Source: Candidatus Latescibacterota bacterium
Lineage (GTDB): Bacteria > Latescibacterota > UBA2968
Length of the DNA: 64,000 bases
Reading direction: 5' to 3'
NCBI GenBank assembly: GCA_965198115.1
Contig: OZ240241.1
Coordinates: 4,576,001-4,640,000 of the forward strand
Shown here: one piece after another, positions 20,546-30,640 of the stretch
How positions within the stretch are numbered: position 1 is the first letter of the stretch
Layout of the letters: every line of letters begins with the position of its first letter
Translations under genes and position numbers: made by a program
Notes under the pieces: model-generated
Databases searched by the model: none
Told to the model about the DNA's origin: nothing
What the model saw: only the letters and a program-made list of their open reading frames with translations

Positions 20546-20579
20546 AAAGAGGCCCCGGCGTTCTGCGGCCGGGGCTTCT
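20546..20579 (-). terminator. Rho-independent terminator
   Basis: GAGGCCCCGG...CCGGGGCTTC stem with adjacent A-run, after the 20605 gene. Confidence 0.55.
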
Positions 20580-20604
20580 ATACGTCCGAGCTCAGTGGAA
20601 CGAT

Positions 20605-21405
20605 CTACGACGGTGCCGTAACCACTGTGTAGCGTTCGGTCAGATCGTCGTATCGAAAGTAGATCTCATCGACTCGATAGAGCGGTTCACCCTTGTGGTG
20701 GAGGATCTCGAACCCCGAAGGCAGGACACGCGTTGTCCAGCCAGGTTCAGGCGCAACTTCGACGTAACGTCCGATGCGGCCGTCGAACTCGTAAAACCGT
20801 CCCTCGACACCGTAAACTGGATTATGGCCACCCACGACGATCTCGAAACCCGGTGTCAGGCCGGCCAAGGTTCGATCGTCCGGTGCCTCGACGACTCGGT
20901 AACCCGGACTGGACGCATCCGCAAAGTAGCCATCGGAACGCACGTAGTGATGGGGAATCGTCGCGAAAACCCGAGTGCGATATCCCGCGGGTAGAACCGG
21001 CACAAGGGCTCCGATCGGTGCCGGAAGCCTGCAACCCTGGCTGCCCGTCGGGCCACGGTACCCGCTGGCCGGCCGGTCTCTCAGGTGAATCGAGATCGAC
21101 GCGGAAGGAAAACCCGAATGCCGCGAGCGGATCAGGAGCCTTCGGGACCGAGCCTCAAAGCGACCGGCGTAGGAGTAGAGATCGCCCCCACGGTGCCGCA
21201 CGCGTATTCGATCGCGCGGCCTTAGGCTCGTCACGACGCGCACATCACGCGGCATCCTGTGATCCTGCCCTCCCTTAGGGCCCTTTCGCACACGCCCGCC
21301 GGTCAGCTTCCCCTTCCCACCCTTGCTCGGGCGCGCTTCTACCTCCACAACGATCAACGCAGAGACGCAGACGGCGACACCGTAGATCAGATGTTTCAAG
21401 ACCAT
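20605..21405 (-). CDS. DUF6515-like secreted protein
   Basis: Signal peptide, APIGALVPVLPAGY, repeated YxVVxAP units. Confidence 0.65.
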   Translation of the reverse strand: MVLKHLIYGVAVCVSALIVVEVEARPSKGGKGKLTGGRVRKGPKGGQDHRMPRDVRVVTSLRPRDRIRVRHRGGDLYSYAGRFEARSRRLLIRSRHSGFPSASISIHLRDRPASGYRGPTGSQGCRLPAPIGALVPVLPAGYRTRVFATIPHHYVRSDGYFADASSPGYRVVEAPDDRTLAGLTPGFEIVVGGHNPVYGVEGRFYEFDGRIGRYVEVAPEPGWTTRVLPSGFEILHHKGEPLYRVDEIYFRYDDLTERYTVVTAPS

Positions 21406-21649
21406 CTCCTTCCCTCCCCGTAGAGCTGTGGAGCAACGACCGGATCGAACACACGTCTGAAACCGAGGCACCGAAAAACGCTGGCTTTCCAAAGTTCGCA
21501 AACCCCGTGCCCTATGGGAAGAGGCAACCGTTGAGAAGCCGGTCCCAACGCGTCTTCTCCAGGCCAGATACAAGTGCCCCGCCGCATCTCGGGGACATCG
21601 AGCGCTGGCGGGGCATCATTCTGAAGCGACTGGGTCAGGCTCTCAAAGT

Positions 21650-22066
21650 TCAACGCAACGGGTCACCTCGGCCTCCCCGCCCTCCGCGGCCCTGTCGCTG
21701 CATGCGCTGCTTGAGAATCTCGACCTGACCTTCCGAAAGCACGCTCGATACGGCCTCCAGAACTTCTTCGCGAAGCGTCATCATCTCTTCCCGAACATCC
21801 TGGTAATCCCGCTCGCCGCTACGAACACTCGCCATCAGCTCGCGCTGCTTGACCAGGATAGGCTTCAGCGCGTCCCGCAGCTTCAGCAGCTGCTCGTTCG
21901 TCACCGCCGCACGCTCGTCGAACGCCATAATCCCCAAAATCTGCTCTGGGCCCACGCCTCCACCCCTCCCACCACCCCCTCCTCTGCCGGCACCGGGTTG
22001 AGCCTCCACAGCAGTTGCGGCCAGCGCAATTACCAGAAGGGACAGGACCAACCTCGATCGACGCAT
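21650..22066 (-). CDS. Secreted Spy-like helical protein
   Basis: Signal peptide, Gly-rich ends, VTNEQ and VLSEGQ motifs. Confidence 0.65.
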   Translation of the reverse strand: MRRSRLVLSLLVIALAATAVEAQPGAGRGGGGGRGGGVGPEQILGIMAFDERAAVTNEQLLKLRDALKPILVKQRELMASVRSGERDYQDVREEMMTLREEVLEAVSSVLSEGQVEILKQRMQRQGRGGRGGRGDPLR

Positions 22067-22149
22067 AGGATCTCCTCTCTATAGTTCCACCGCTGACGGC
22101 CGTTTTGCCGATGTCGAAACATCTATCGAAGGGTCCAGGACCAAGAGCG

Positions 22150-23583
22150 CTATGCCGGAAACTCCAGTCGAAATTGGGCACCGCCCAGTATGCTGTCGTC
22201 GACAGTCACACGCCCGCCGTGGAGATCCATAATCCGTGACACGATGGCAAGCCCGAGCCCTACGCCGCCGATGCTGGGACTGCGACTGCTGTCGACCCTC
22301 GCAAAGGGTTCGAAGATATGCTCTCTCAGTCCCGCCGGTACGCCCGGGCCGTCATCCTCGACCGTCACGACTGCCATCCCTTCCCTTTCCACGCAGGTAA
22401 CCGCGACCTTCCCAACGGCGTGGCGTGCGGCGTTCGTGGCGAGGTTGAGCACCGCGCGTTTCAGGTAGCGGGAGATCGCTCTGATCGCCTCGCACTCGGA
22501 GGTCACGCTGAATTCTATGTCGGGTCGGAGATCCCGCACGGTCTCCACCACTTCAGCGAGCATATTGGACATCTGGACCCGATCCATCATACTTTCGACC
22601 TGGTCGGAATCCAGTCTCACGAAGGTGAGCAACTCCTCGACCAGATCGTTCATCTCGGTCAGTGTTCCCTGGATCTTTGCGAGCTGCTGATCCTTCTCCT
22701 CAGCAGACTCGGCCGACTCGGCATCATCGAGGATGAAGAACAGCCTGGCCAGCGGGGTCCGCAGTTCGTGCGAAACACCCCGAAGCAGTTCGCGTTGACC
22801 TTCGACCAGACGTTTGATCTGATCGGCCATCGTGTTGAAGGTGGTCGTCAACTCGCCGAGTGCGTCGTCTTTGACTGGATCCGCCCGTGTATCGAGGTGA
22901 CCTGCCCCAAAGCGCTCAGCCACACCGGAGAGGTCCTGAATCCGCTTCTCCATCGGCCGTATCAGGAAATAGATGGCCGGGCCGACAAGCAGAATCGAAA
23001 TGCCCAAAATCCCCAGGAAGAGGACCCGTGGACCCGTGTCGCGATCGAGAAAACCACCGACCACCGCCCAGGGCGGTCGACCCTCGGGGGGTCTGAAGCC
23101 CGGACCGCCCAGGGGCTGGTTCGGGCGTTCCACTCTTCCCTCATCGGGCGGGTGGGGGTCCGGACGAAATCGGTCGCGACCCCGCCGTGCCCCTCCACGC
23201 CGGCCCCAGCCAAGTTCGGCGACGACGACGACCGAATCCATCCGAGTGACGTAAACCCGCGGGCGATGATCATCGCTCCACTCCACGAAGACCGTGTCGC
23301 GATCCAGTCGAGCAACCGTTTCCGGCTTCAGATCCACCAGGGGGACCCGAGAGACCCGCATTCGCGTTGCCCGACCGAATTCCCCGAACGCGGGCCGAAC
23401 GGAATCAGGATCGGCTGTTTCGATCCGCTCTCTCAGGGTCGACGCCAACTCGATCAGCCGGTCTTCGAAACCCTGACGCCTTACGGCCTCGAACCCGATA
23501 CTGAGCAGATAGACAGTCGCCGACGTTCCGACCAGCAGCACGACGGCGATGCCCAGATACACTCTGACAAAAAGACGTCTCAC
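22150..23583 (-). CDS. Sensor histidine kinase (RstB/CpxA-like, HAMP)
   Basis: Two TM segments, HAMP, SHELRTPLARL, N box, DDGPG, GVGLGL. Confidence 0.92.
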   Translation of the reverse strand: MRRLFVRVYLGIAVVLLVGTSATVYLLSIGFEAVRRQGFEDRLIELASTLRERIETADPDSVRPAFGEFGRATRMRVSRVPLVDLKPETVARLDRDTVFVEWSDDHRPRVYVTRMDSVVVVAELGWGRRGGARRGRDRFRPDPHPPDEGRVERPNQPLGGPGFRPPEGRPPWAVVGGFLDRDTGPRVLFLGILGISILLVGPAIYFLIRPMEKRIQDLSGVAERFGAGHLDTRADPVKDDALGELTTTFNTMADQIKRLVEGQRELLRGVSHELRTPLARLFFILDDAESAESAEEKDQQLAKIQGTLTEMNDLVEELLTFVRLDSDQVESMMDRVQMSNMLAEVVETVRDLRPDIEFSVTSECEAIRAISRYLKRAVLNLATNAARHAVGKVAVTCVEREGMAVVTVEDDGPGVPAGLREHIFEPFARVDSSRSPSIGGVGLGLAIVSRIMDLHGGRVTVDDSILGGAQFRLEFPA

Positions 23584-23782
23584 GATCGGTCACCCACCAT
23601 TCTGCAAAGCTTCACGATAGCGAATGAGAGATCGCAACCTTCGAGATTTTACGTTCACTCGATGCACCGTCCTTCGTGAACACACGAACCCCACCTGCGC
23701 CACAGGCTTCGATGGGCGGGTTGTCAATCTTCGGGAGCCCGAAGGTGAGGTGGAACAACGCGTGATAGGTCGACGGCCGGGG

Positions 23783-24505
23783 TCACGTCTTCTCCCCCGC
23801 CATCAAGTAACCCACGCCACGCACGGTCTTGATGTAGTGTGGGAACGTCGGCTGGTCACCAAGGCGGTGCCTGAGTCTCGAAATGTAGACGTCCACACTT
23901 CGGTCGAGCCCATCATAGTCGTACTGGAAGAGGGCCTGGTAAATGTCCTGACGGCTCACGACCTCGCCGGCGTGCGTAGCCAGATACCACAGCAGGTCGA
24001 ATTCGGTCGTCGTCAGTTCCACTTCTGCATCGTCGACGTGGGTCTCCCTCCGGCTCGCGTCGACAACCAGACTGCCGATCGATACTTTTTCCTGGACGCG
24101 GGCGGAAGGCTCCAGGCGAGCTCGTCGGAGCAGGGCCCGGATACGGGCGAGGAGCAGACGTGGCTTCACGGGCTTCGTGACAAAATCGTCCGCACCCAGT
24201 TCGAGGCCAAGGATTTCATCCAGATCTTCATCACGAGCCGTCAGGATGAGAATGGGACCCGCGTAATCCGGACGGACCTGTTTACAGACCTCGAATCCAT
24301 CGATCCCGGGCAGCATGATGTCCAGTACCACGAGATCGGGCTGCGAACCAACGATGGCATCCCGACCCGCCTCTCCGTTCTCTTCGTGACGAACGGAAAA
24401 GCCCTCACGCTCGAGGCGCTCTTTCGTCAGTTCCGCCAATTCCAGATCGTCTTCGACGAGCACGATCGTCTGCACGGCTTTCCTTTCGTCCATCGTGGAG
24501 TTCAT
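23783..24505 (-). CDS. OmpR family response regulator (RstA-like); exact start uncertain
   Basis: LVEDD, LDIMLPG, GADDFVTKP, winged helix RSVDVYISRLR, TVRGVGY. Confidence 0.92.
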   Translation of the reverse strand: MNSTMDERKAVQTIVLVEDDLELAELTKERLEREGFSVRHEENGEAGRDAIVGSQPDLVVLDIMLPGIDGFEVCKQVRPDYAGPILILTARDEDLDEILGLELGADDFVTKPVKPRLLLARIRALLRRARLEPSARVQEKVSIGSLVVDASRRETHVDDAEVELTTTEFDLLWYLATHAGEVVSRQDIYQALFQYDYDGLDRSVDVYISRLRHRLGDQPTFPHYIKTVRGVGYLMAGEKT

Positions 24506-24519
24506 CGTGGCTACGGCCC

Positions 24520-24720
24520 TTAAGGTAGGACCATCGGACGAATCTGAGCAACCGATCGGCGCCGTCGAGGCGTTCATGCGGCGATCCCTCGTGATTCCAG
24601 AGCGATGTCTTCAGCCCCGTCGGTATCCTTGGCATAGCGTAGCGCCAGACGCACGACACGCGGCCGGTAGTCTGCAACTAACGCATCGAAATCGTTGAAT
24701 CCGGCCACGAGGGGCGCGTG
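24520..24720 (-). pseudogene. Possible ECF sigma factor region-2 remnant
   Basis: FDALVADYRPRVVRLALRYAKDTDGAEDIALE then, in another frame, RFVRW; no region 4. Confidence 0.45.
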
Positions 24721-24819
24721 GATGGGTCGTGCCACGGACTTCCTCCAATGTGTCAATCAGTTGCCCTCATGAGATTAACCCATTCGAACCCCCCTGTATG
24801 TAGGCGGAATGTGGGCAAT

Positions 24820-24835
24820 TGTAACAATCTGTAAC
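24820..24835. promoter_or_regulatory. TGTAAC-N4-TGTAAC box upstream of the response regulator (possible autoregulation)
   Basis: Same motif and spacing as at 20460-20475. Confidence 0.6.
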
Positions 24836-24900
24836 ACGAATCTGTTGCCCGCTCCCTTTGGTCACTGGTCAATGGTCACTTCAGGGGCCGTACGCAAAAC

Positions 24901-24927
24901 GGCCCTCGATCCGAAGATCGAGGGCCG
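24901..24927 (-). terminator. Rho-independent terminator
   Basis: GGCCCTCGATC-cgaa-GATCGAGGGCC with nearby A-run. Confidence 0.6.
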
Positions 24928-24951
24928 AGTAGGAATGCCAATCCCAGCTTG

Positions 24952-26295
24952 CTAGCCCGATAGGCCGAAGAACTGTGCAAACGTCAGGAAGTCGGTAAAG
25001 TCGACCCGATCATCCCCGCTCAAATCGAAGACCGGATCCCATTCAGGGCTTGCCGACGTATTTCCGAACGCCCCGGCGAATCCCAGAAAGTCTCCGAAAT
25101 CCACCGACCCATTCCCGTCGAAGTCTCCTTTCAGGGAATGGGCAACCGTCCACGACTGCGTCACCGAACTACCGTCGTCGCTCGACACCGTGACGACCAC
25201 CACATCATCCGACATTCCCAGAACGTCCAGATCGAAGCTGTTGGTCATACTCTCAACAGAAATGCCGTTCAGCGTCCACTCGAACGATAACGTCTCGTTC
25301 TCGGGGTCGACGGCATCGACCGAAAAAGACAGACTCATCCCCTCCGAAGAAACGATCAGGTTATCCGAAGGTGTGAAGGCATCGATACGTGCCGGCTGGT
25401 TGACGTCCTCGATAGCGATATCGACCGAGCGTGTCGCATCGAGATCGCCGTCTGTCGCCACGAAAGTGACCGTCACCGTCTGCCCGCCCTGATCGAAGCC
25501 TGGTGTCCACGTAAAGGTGTCACCCGACAGAGTCGCACCTGCCGGCAGATCGCTCGACGTGATCGTCAGGGCATCGCCATCTTCATCCGTTGCAGCGACC
25601 ACGAAAGACACGACCTCGCCTTCCAACACGGTCTGCGGATCGAGGGCCGCAATGGCTGGAGCGCGGTTCACATTCTCGACGGAGATGCTCACGCTCCTGC
25701 TCCCATTAAGCTGGCCGTCCGTGGCCACGAAGGACACCGTCACCGTCTCCCCGCCGTCCTCGAGACCCGGTGTCCACGTGAACGTGTTGCCGGAGAAAGT
25801 CGCGCCCGTCGGCAATCCGGATGCCGTGATGGTCACGCCATCACCATCCTGGTCGGACGCGGTCACACTAAACGTCAATGTTTCGCCTTCCAGCACGTTC
25901 TTCGCGCCGATCGAAACGAGTACGGGTGCGCGATTCGGCACACTCGTCGGGTCCCCCGGGTTGGTCACGGTCGCCCCTGCGTCGGGAGTCCCGTCTCCAT
26001 TCGGATCACCCAGCTCGAGACCGTTCGACACACCGTCGCCATCCGAGTCGAGAACCGCCAGCGACGGACCCCAATCGACCGTCGCCCCACCTCCTGATCC
26101 GTTCAGAAAGCCACTCTCAATCGCCTGACCGAACGCGTTGCGAGAGCCGCCCCCGGAAGGGTTGACGTGACAGTTCCCGCAGCTGAACTGGTTGCCGTTC
26201 GGGATCTGATTGACCCGTGCGCTCCTTGCGTGACTATGAGTGGGGGTAGAAACAATGACGTAAAGCAGAAGTGGAACGATGTAGCGTAGTTGCAT
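24952..26295 (-). CDS. Secreted protein: CxxCH/temptin-like N-domain, Ig-like repeats, C-terminal dockerin/EF-hand-like pair
   Basis: Signal peptide; CGNCH; RNAFG...W...LDSDGDGVSNGLELGDP; NRAP..DxDGD Ig repeats; GDFDGNGSVDFGDFL and DLSGDDRVDFTDFL. Confidence 0.75.
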   Translation of the reverse strand: MQLRYIVPLLLYVIVSTPTHSHARSARVNQIPNGNQFSCGNCHVNPSGGGSRNAFGQAIESGFLNGSGGGATVDWGPSLAVLDSDGDGVSNGLELGDPNGDGTPDAGATVTNPGDPTSVPNRAPVLVSIGAKNVLEGETLTFSVTASDQDGDGVTITASGLPTGATFSGNTFTWTPGLEDGGETVTVSFVATDGQLNGSRSVSISVENVNRAPAIAALDPQTVLEGEVVSFVVAATDEDGDALTITSSDLPAGATLSGDTFTWTPGFDQGGQTVTVTFVATDGDLDATRSVDIAIEDVNQPARIDAFTPSDNLIVSSEGMSLSFSVDAVDPENETLSFEWTLNGISVESMTNSFDLDVLGMSDDVVVVTVSSDDGSSVTQSWTVAHSLKGDFDGNGSVDFGDFLGFAGAFGNTSASPEWDPVFDLSGDDRVDFTDFLTFAQFFGLSG

Positions 26296-26470
26296 ATGCG
26301 AGGCCTCCCTCCCCGGTGAATGAACACGAAAACAGAACGCATCCATTCATTAACTGCCGACCCGGGACAGGGTTCCTGAAAAACGTAGTCGAGGTCGATC
26401 GTTCCCGATTCTGAAAACGGAACTCGCCATTCGGGTTGCGGCCCCCGCAGTCGTGCTGTGTTGCGCTTGG

Positions 26471-27445
26471 TTACTGCGTGGTCACATACCGTTCATCGAG
26501 ATACCGCGTGATGATTTCAATCTCTTGCTCTCCGATCTCCAGACCGTTCTCAACCATCCTCGCAATCAGGGGTTGGATGTCCGACGCTGATTGTGGCGGA
26601 GCGCCCTCGATTTCATCCAGATCGTGACATTGAGTGCAGAGTTCCTCGAACAGTGCTTTCGCCGATTCTGCGTCGTAGCGCCGTTGGGTCGGGGGCCTCG
26701 CTACGTTGGCTGCCACGGCGAGCGCTTCCTGGGTCTGCTGCCGCTCCAGATCTCGACGCCGTCTGATCTTCGCCGAGCTCTGGATGTCCGGTGTGATAGC
26801 GATCAGATAGGCGGAAACGGTCCACTGGTCATCGTAGGTGATGGGCTCGCCCAGAACCGGCTTCGCCATCATCCGTTCGACGGTCTGAACCCAAGCTGAC
26901 GGCGTGCGCGGCTTGGCGAGGATCGTCCGTAGATCGTGGCAGAGCACACATTTCGTGAGCAGCACGTTACGACCTGTGTGAAGGCCCCGCCTCGACAAGG
27001 CGTAGGCCGTTTGGGGATCCTCGGGGAATTCTGCGGTGGTCGCCAGCTTCTTGACACGCTCGATGTTCTTGTCACTGAAGACACTGTCTCCCCGTCCCAC
27101 CGCGGCTCTGAGCACGTACTCCCGCAGAGTGAACGGAACAGAGAGACCGATGAGCAAGGACGTCAGCAGGAACAGGATCATTCCGAAATAGGGTAGGCTG
27201 ACGCTGAAGTGTCTGAAAAACCGTAGAATCGAAATCTTGATGAAAAGGATGACCCCGATCGAAATGCCGACCATGAGATGGGCGACCGTCCGTGCCGGTA
27301 GTTCGATCTGATAGTTCCACATCCGGGGAACCATTTGCACCATCATCACCACGTAGATAATCACATAGACGTATCCAAGAGAACGGTGCAACGTGACCAT
27401 CGCCCGAGGCGCTGTACTCGTGTGGGTTTCCTCGTCGTAGGGGTA
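26471..27445 (-). pseudogene. Membrane protein with two CxxCH cytochrome c motifs, 5' end replaced by IS256
   Basis: TM helices with His (LHRSLGY, VAHLMVG), CVLCH, CTQCH; fused in frame to transposase. Confidence 0.7.
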
Positions 27446-28375
27446 TGCACGCTTGGCGACCTTGTCGAGCACGTTGAGGATCTTGTGGTTCCAGCACCGT
27501 TGTTGCCGGCTCTCTGGCCAGACCTGATCAACGGCCGCCCAGATGCCCATATTCCCGTCCGCGGCGATCAGGACAGGATGTTCGAGCCCGCGATCCCGGA
27601 GATCCCGTAGCACCGTGAGCCAGGATTCTGTAGACTCTCGATAACCGGGTTCTATCGCCAGGATCTCCTTGCTGCCGTCGCTCATCGCGCCGATCACGAC
27701 CAGCAGACACGCCTTCTCGCGCTCGAGCCCGGCTTTGACGTAGATGCCATCAGCCCAGGCGTAGACCAGTTCGCGATTATCCAGACGCCTTTCTTTCCAG
27801 TCCTGGAAGTCGACCTCCCACTTCCCTCGAAGACGAGCGATCGAGGTCGGCGAAAGCGGCGCGCCATCACCGAGCAGCGCACGCAAAGACAACTCGAAGT
27901 CGCCCTGGGAGAGACCGTGGAGATAAAGGTCGGGAAGCAGATCTCCAATGGCCCTGGTTCTCCGGGCGAACAGGGGGAGGATGCGGCTTTCAAACCGCTC
28001 TTCCAGACCACGAACCCGGGGACGCCGGACCTTGATCGTTCCGCAGCTCGTCGAGAGACGCCGGGGCTTGCCGTAGCCGTTCCTGTAGCCCCTGGAGCTA
28101 TCGACCTCGGCTCGGCGCTCATACCACGACCGGCCCAAGAACGCGGTCGCCTCCTCCTCCAGAATGGACTGGAACCGGCCCTGGATCTCTTCACGGATCC
28201 AATCGTCAACCGTCTCCCACGTCGGCATGGACTTCAATGGGGCTCTATGCGTATGTTCCTTCATGGCGATCCTCCTTCCCAACCGGGCCTCTCACCCGGT
28301 TTTGTGTGAATCAACTATCTCACGGGAAGGGTAGGGTCGCCCTTTCTCTTTTTCCACACCTTTTGATTATAGCTC
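27446..28375 (-). mobile_element. IS256 family element, copy A (3'-truncated)
   Basis: IRL GAGCTATAATCAAAAGGTGTGG at 28375; near-identical to 30641-32014 up to ...AAGCGTGCA. Confidence 0.92.
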
Positions 28376-28803
28376 TTTGGATCGTTGTCGACTGTCATAG
28401 AAGGACCAAAGGTCATTGAGATCGTCGGTTGAGGTGCGAGAACGGCCTAAATTAGGAGGTGTTCCGTCGTTCTACAATGGAGAATGTCTCTGTATCCACC
28501 TATCCACGCCTCGCGGATCAACCAGAGCAACCGACAACGACGTGTCGGCTACCGTGACCCGAAAACCTGCAGACAGCCGGACAATCCATCGGCCGTCCAC
28601 GGTCGATGGTCGGAAGTAGAGATTTCTCAAAACCCTACCCGAACGAAGATCCAAAACCATCTGACTGGTTTCCCCCCTTGACATCGAGACCGAAAAAGCA
28701 TTGATTAATATCGATGCAAAGGCTCGGGCTGCGTGCATAAACAATAGTAAATTAGCCAGTTATCCTATTTCCGCCCGGGCGAAACAGAAAGGACCCTCAG
28801 CAG

Positions 28804-29022
28804 ATGGCCGAACAAAAACCGGCTGAGAAACCGGTCACGAAACCGATGACGCTGGCCGAACGCAAGGCCAAAGAACGCGCAGACCGAACCAAGCTGATCC
28901 AAAAAGCGAGCAAGGGTGATCAGAAGGCGCTCGATATCCTGGCTGGACCGCCCTACCACATGAAGGTTTACTCGGCCGAGGAGCGGGCAGCCTACGAAAA
29001 GGAGCAGGAAGCCAAAAGCTGA
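28804..29022 (+). CDS. Small hypothetical protein
   Basis: 72-aa charged ORF with AAAGGA upstream. Confidence 0.6.
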   Translation: MAEQKPAEKPVTKPMTLAERKAKERADRTKLIQKASKGDQKALDILAGPPYHMKVYSAEERAAYEKEQEAKS

Positions 29023-29107
29023 ACGGCATACACAGTGAAATCCGGAGGGCGATGCGAGTCGGTTCGTGTCGCCCTTTTCAATTGGAGGCACACGAGGCGG
29101 GGTCCCG

Positions 29108-29812
29108 ATGCGTTTAAAACAGGCCACACGACAGCACGTGTGGGATCTCCTCGAAAACGAGGGTATCGCCGCATTCCCCTTCCCCCCACACGGCCGGATT
29201 CCAAACTTCACCGGCGCTTCCATAGCGGCGGACAGGCTGCTCGGAATCGCCGAGTTTGCTTCGGTTGGGCAAATCAAAGTCAACCCGGACGCACCCCAGC
29301 GACCCGTCCGCGCAAAGGCGCTTCGGCGCGGAATCACCGTCTACGTCCCCACGCCCCGACTGAGAGGCGGCTTCAAGCGACTCGATCCCGAGGCCATTCC
29401 CTCTGAGTCGTTTCGGAAGGCCGCCAGCCTGTCCGGCATGGATGAGTGGGCTGACGAGGTCCCCGTCAGAGACCTTCCGGCAATGGACGCCATCGTGTGC
29501 GGCTCCGTAGCCGTCGACCGTCGAGGCCACCGTTGTGGAAAAGGCGAGGGCTACAGCGACATCGAGTATGCCATCCTTCGTGAGCTCGGACATCCGCCCG
29601 CGCCCGTCTTCACAACCGTCCACGACGCCCAGATCGTCGATGCGATCCCCCGCGATGACAACGACCTCCCCCTCACCACGATCGTCACCCCAACACAGAC
29701 GCTCTCTATCGCGTCACCGCCTCCGCCACCCGATCGCATCGACTGGTCGCAGCTCACCGAAGAAGATCTGGAAGAAATGCCGATTCTGAAGGAACTTCTG
29801 CCTGCCGAATGA
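29108..29812 (+). CDS. 5-formyltetrahydrofolate cyclo-ligase family protein (MTHFSD-like paralog)
   Basis: HGRIPNF, IKVNPDAPQ, VPTPRL, GKGEGYSDIE, TTVHD. Confidence 0.85.
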   Translation: MRLKQATRQHVWDLLENEGIAAFPFPPHGRIPNFTGASIAADRLLGIAEFASVGQIKVNPDAPQRPVRAKALRRGITVYVPTPRLRGGFKRLDPEAIPSESFRKAASLSGMDEWADEVPVRDLPAMDAIVCGSVAVDRRGHRCGKGEGYSDIEYAILRELGHPPAPVFTTVHDAQIVDAIPRDDNDLPLTTIVTPTQTLSIASPPPPPDRIDWSQLTEEDLEEMPILKELLPAE

Positions 29813-30640
29813 GCCCTATTGGATCGCACCATCAGGGATTCGCCTCTCCCACGTTCAGACCTTAAATTTCAACAGCGCACCGGTTTCCCGGTTCCCAGTT
29901 CTCGATTCTCGATATTCGATCCTCAATGTCCGACTTCTCACCACGCCAAAAAATCGCTGTCCTCATGATCGCTCTTGGCGAAGAGGCCACTGCCGAGATC
30001 ATGAAGCACTTGAGCGACAACGACGTCGAGACGATCGCCCAGGCGTTGTCGGAACTCGATACGGTTTCGACCGATCAAATGGATGCCGTCCTCGAGGAAT
30101 TCGAGGAGCTGCTGAGGTCGGGTGTTGGGGCCGACGAAGGAGGTCCAGCTTTTGCACGTAGCGTCCTCGAGAAAGCCGTCGGCGAGGAGAAGGCCAATCA
30201 GATGCTCCGCGACGTCGACGAGCGTCAATCCCGCTCCTTCACAGCCCTCGAGAACATCGCTCCCTACGAGCTCGCCACCATCGTCGCCAAAGAGCATCCC
30301 CAGACGATCGCCGTCATCCTATCGCAACTCGAGCCAGGGATAGCTGCCGAAGTCTTCAACCATCTGTCGGTTGAGCAGCAAACCGACGTCGCCAACCGAA
30401 TGGCGCGTGTCGAGCAAATCTCGCCACAAGTACTCGACGAGCTCGAACGGACGCTTTCCGATGAGCTGAAAACCTTCGTATCCGAGCGGGTCACGCACGT
30501 CCCCGGCGTTGACGTCCTGTCCGAAATGCTCGACAACGCCGGCCGCACGACAGAGTCCCGTATCCTCAGTGACATCGACAGCCAGGATCCCGAACTGGCC
30601 GAGCGAATTCGAAATCGGATGTACACGTTCGACAGTCTTG

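Noticed and set aside
28472-28744. Minus-strand 90-aa ORF in an AT-richer spacer
   Set aside because: No recognisable motif or convincing start.
28376-30640. Composite transposon formed by IS256 copies A and B
   Set aside because: Copy B has its own TSD inside fliG and copy A is truncated, so they are independent insertions.
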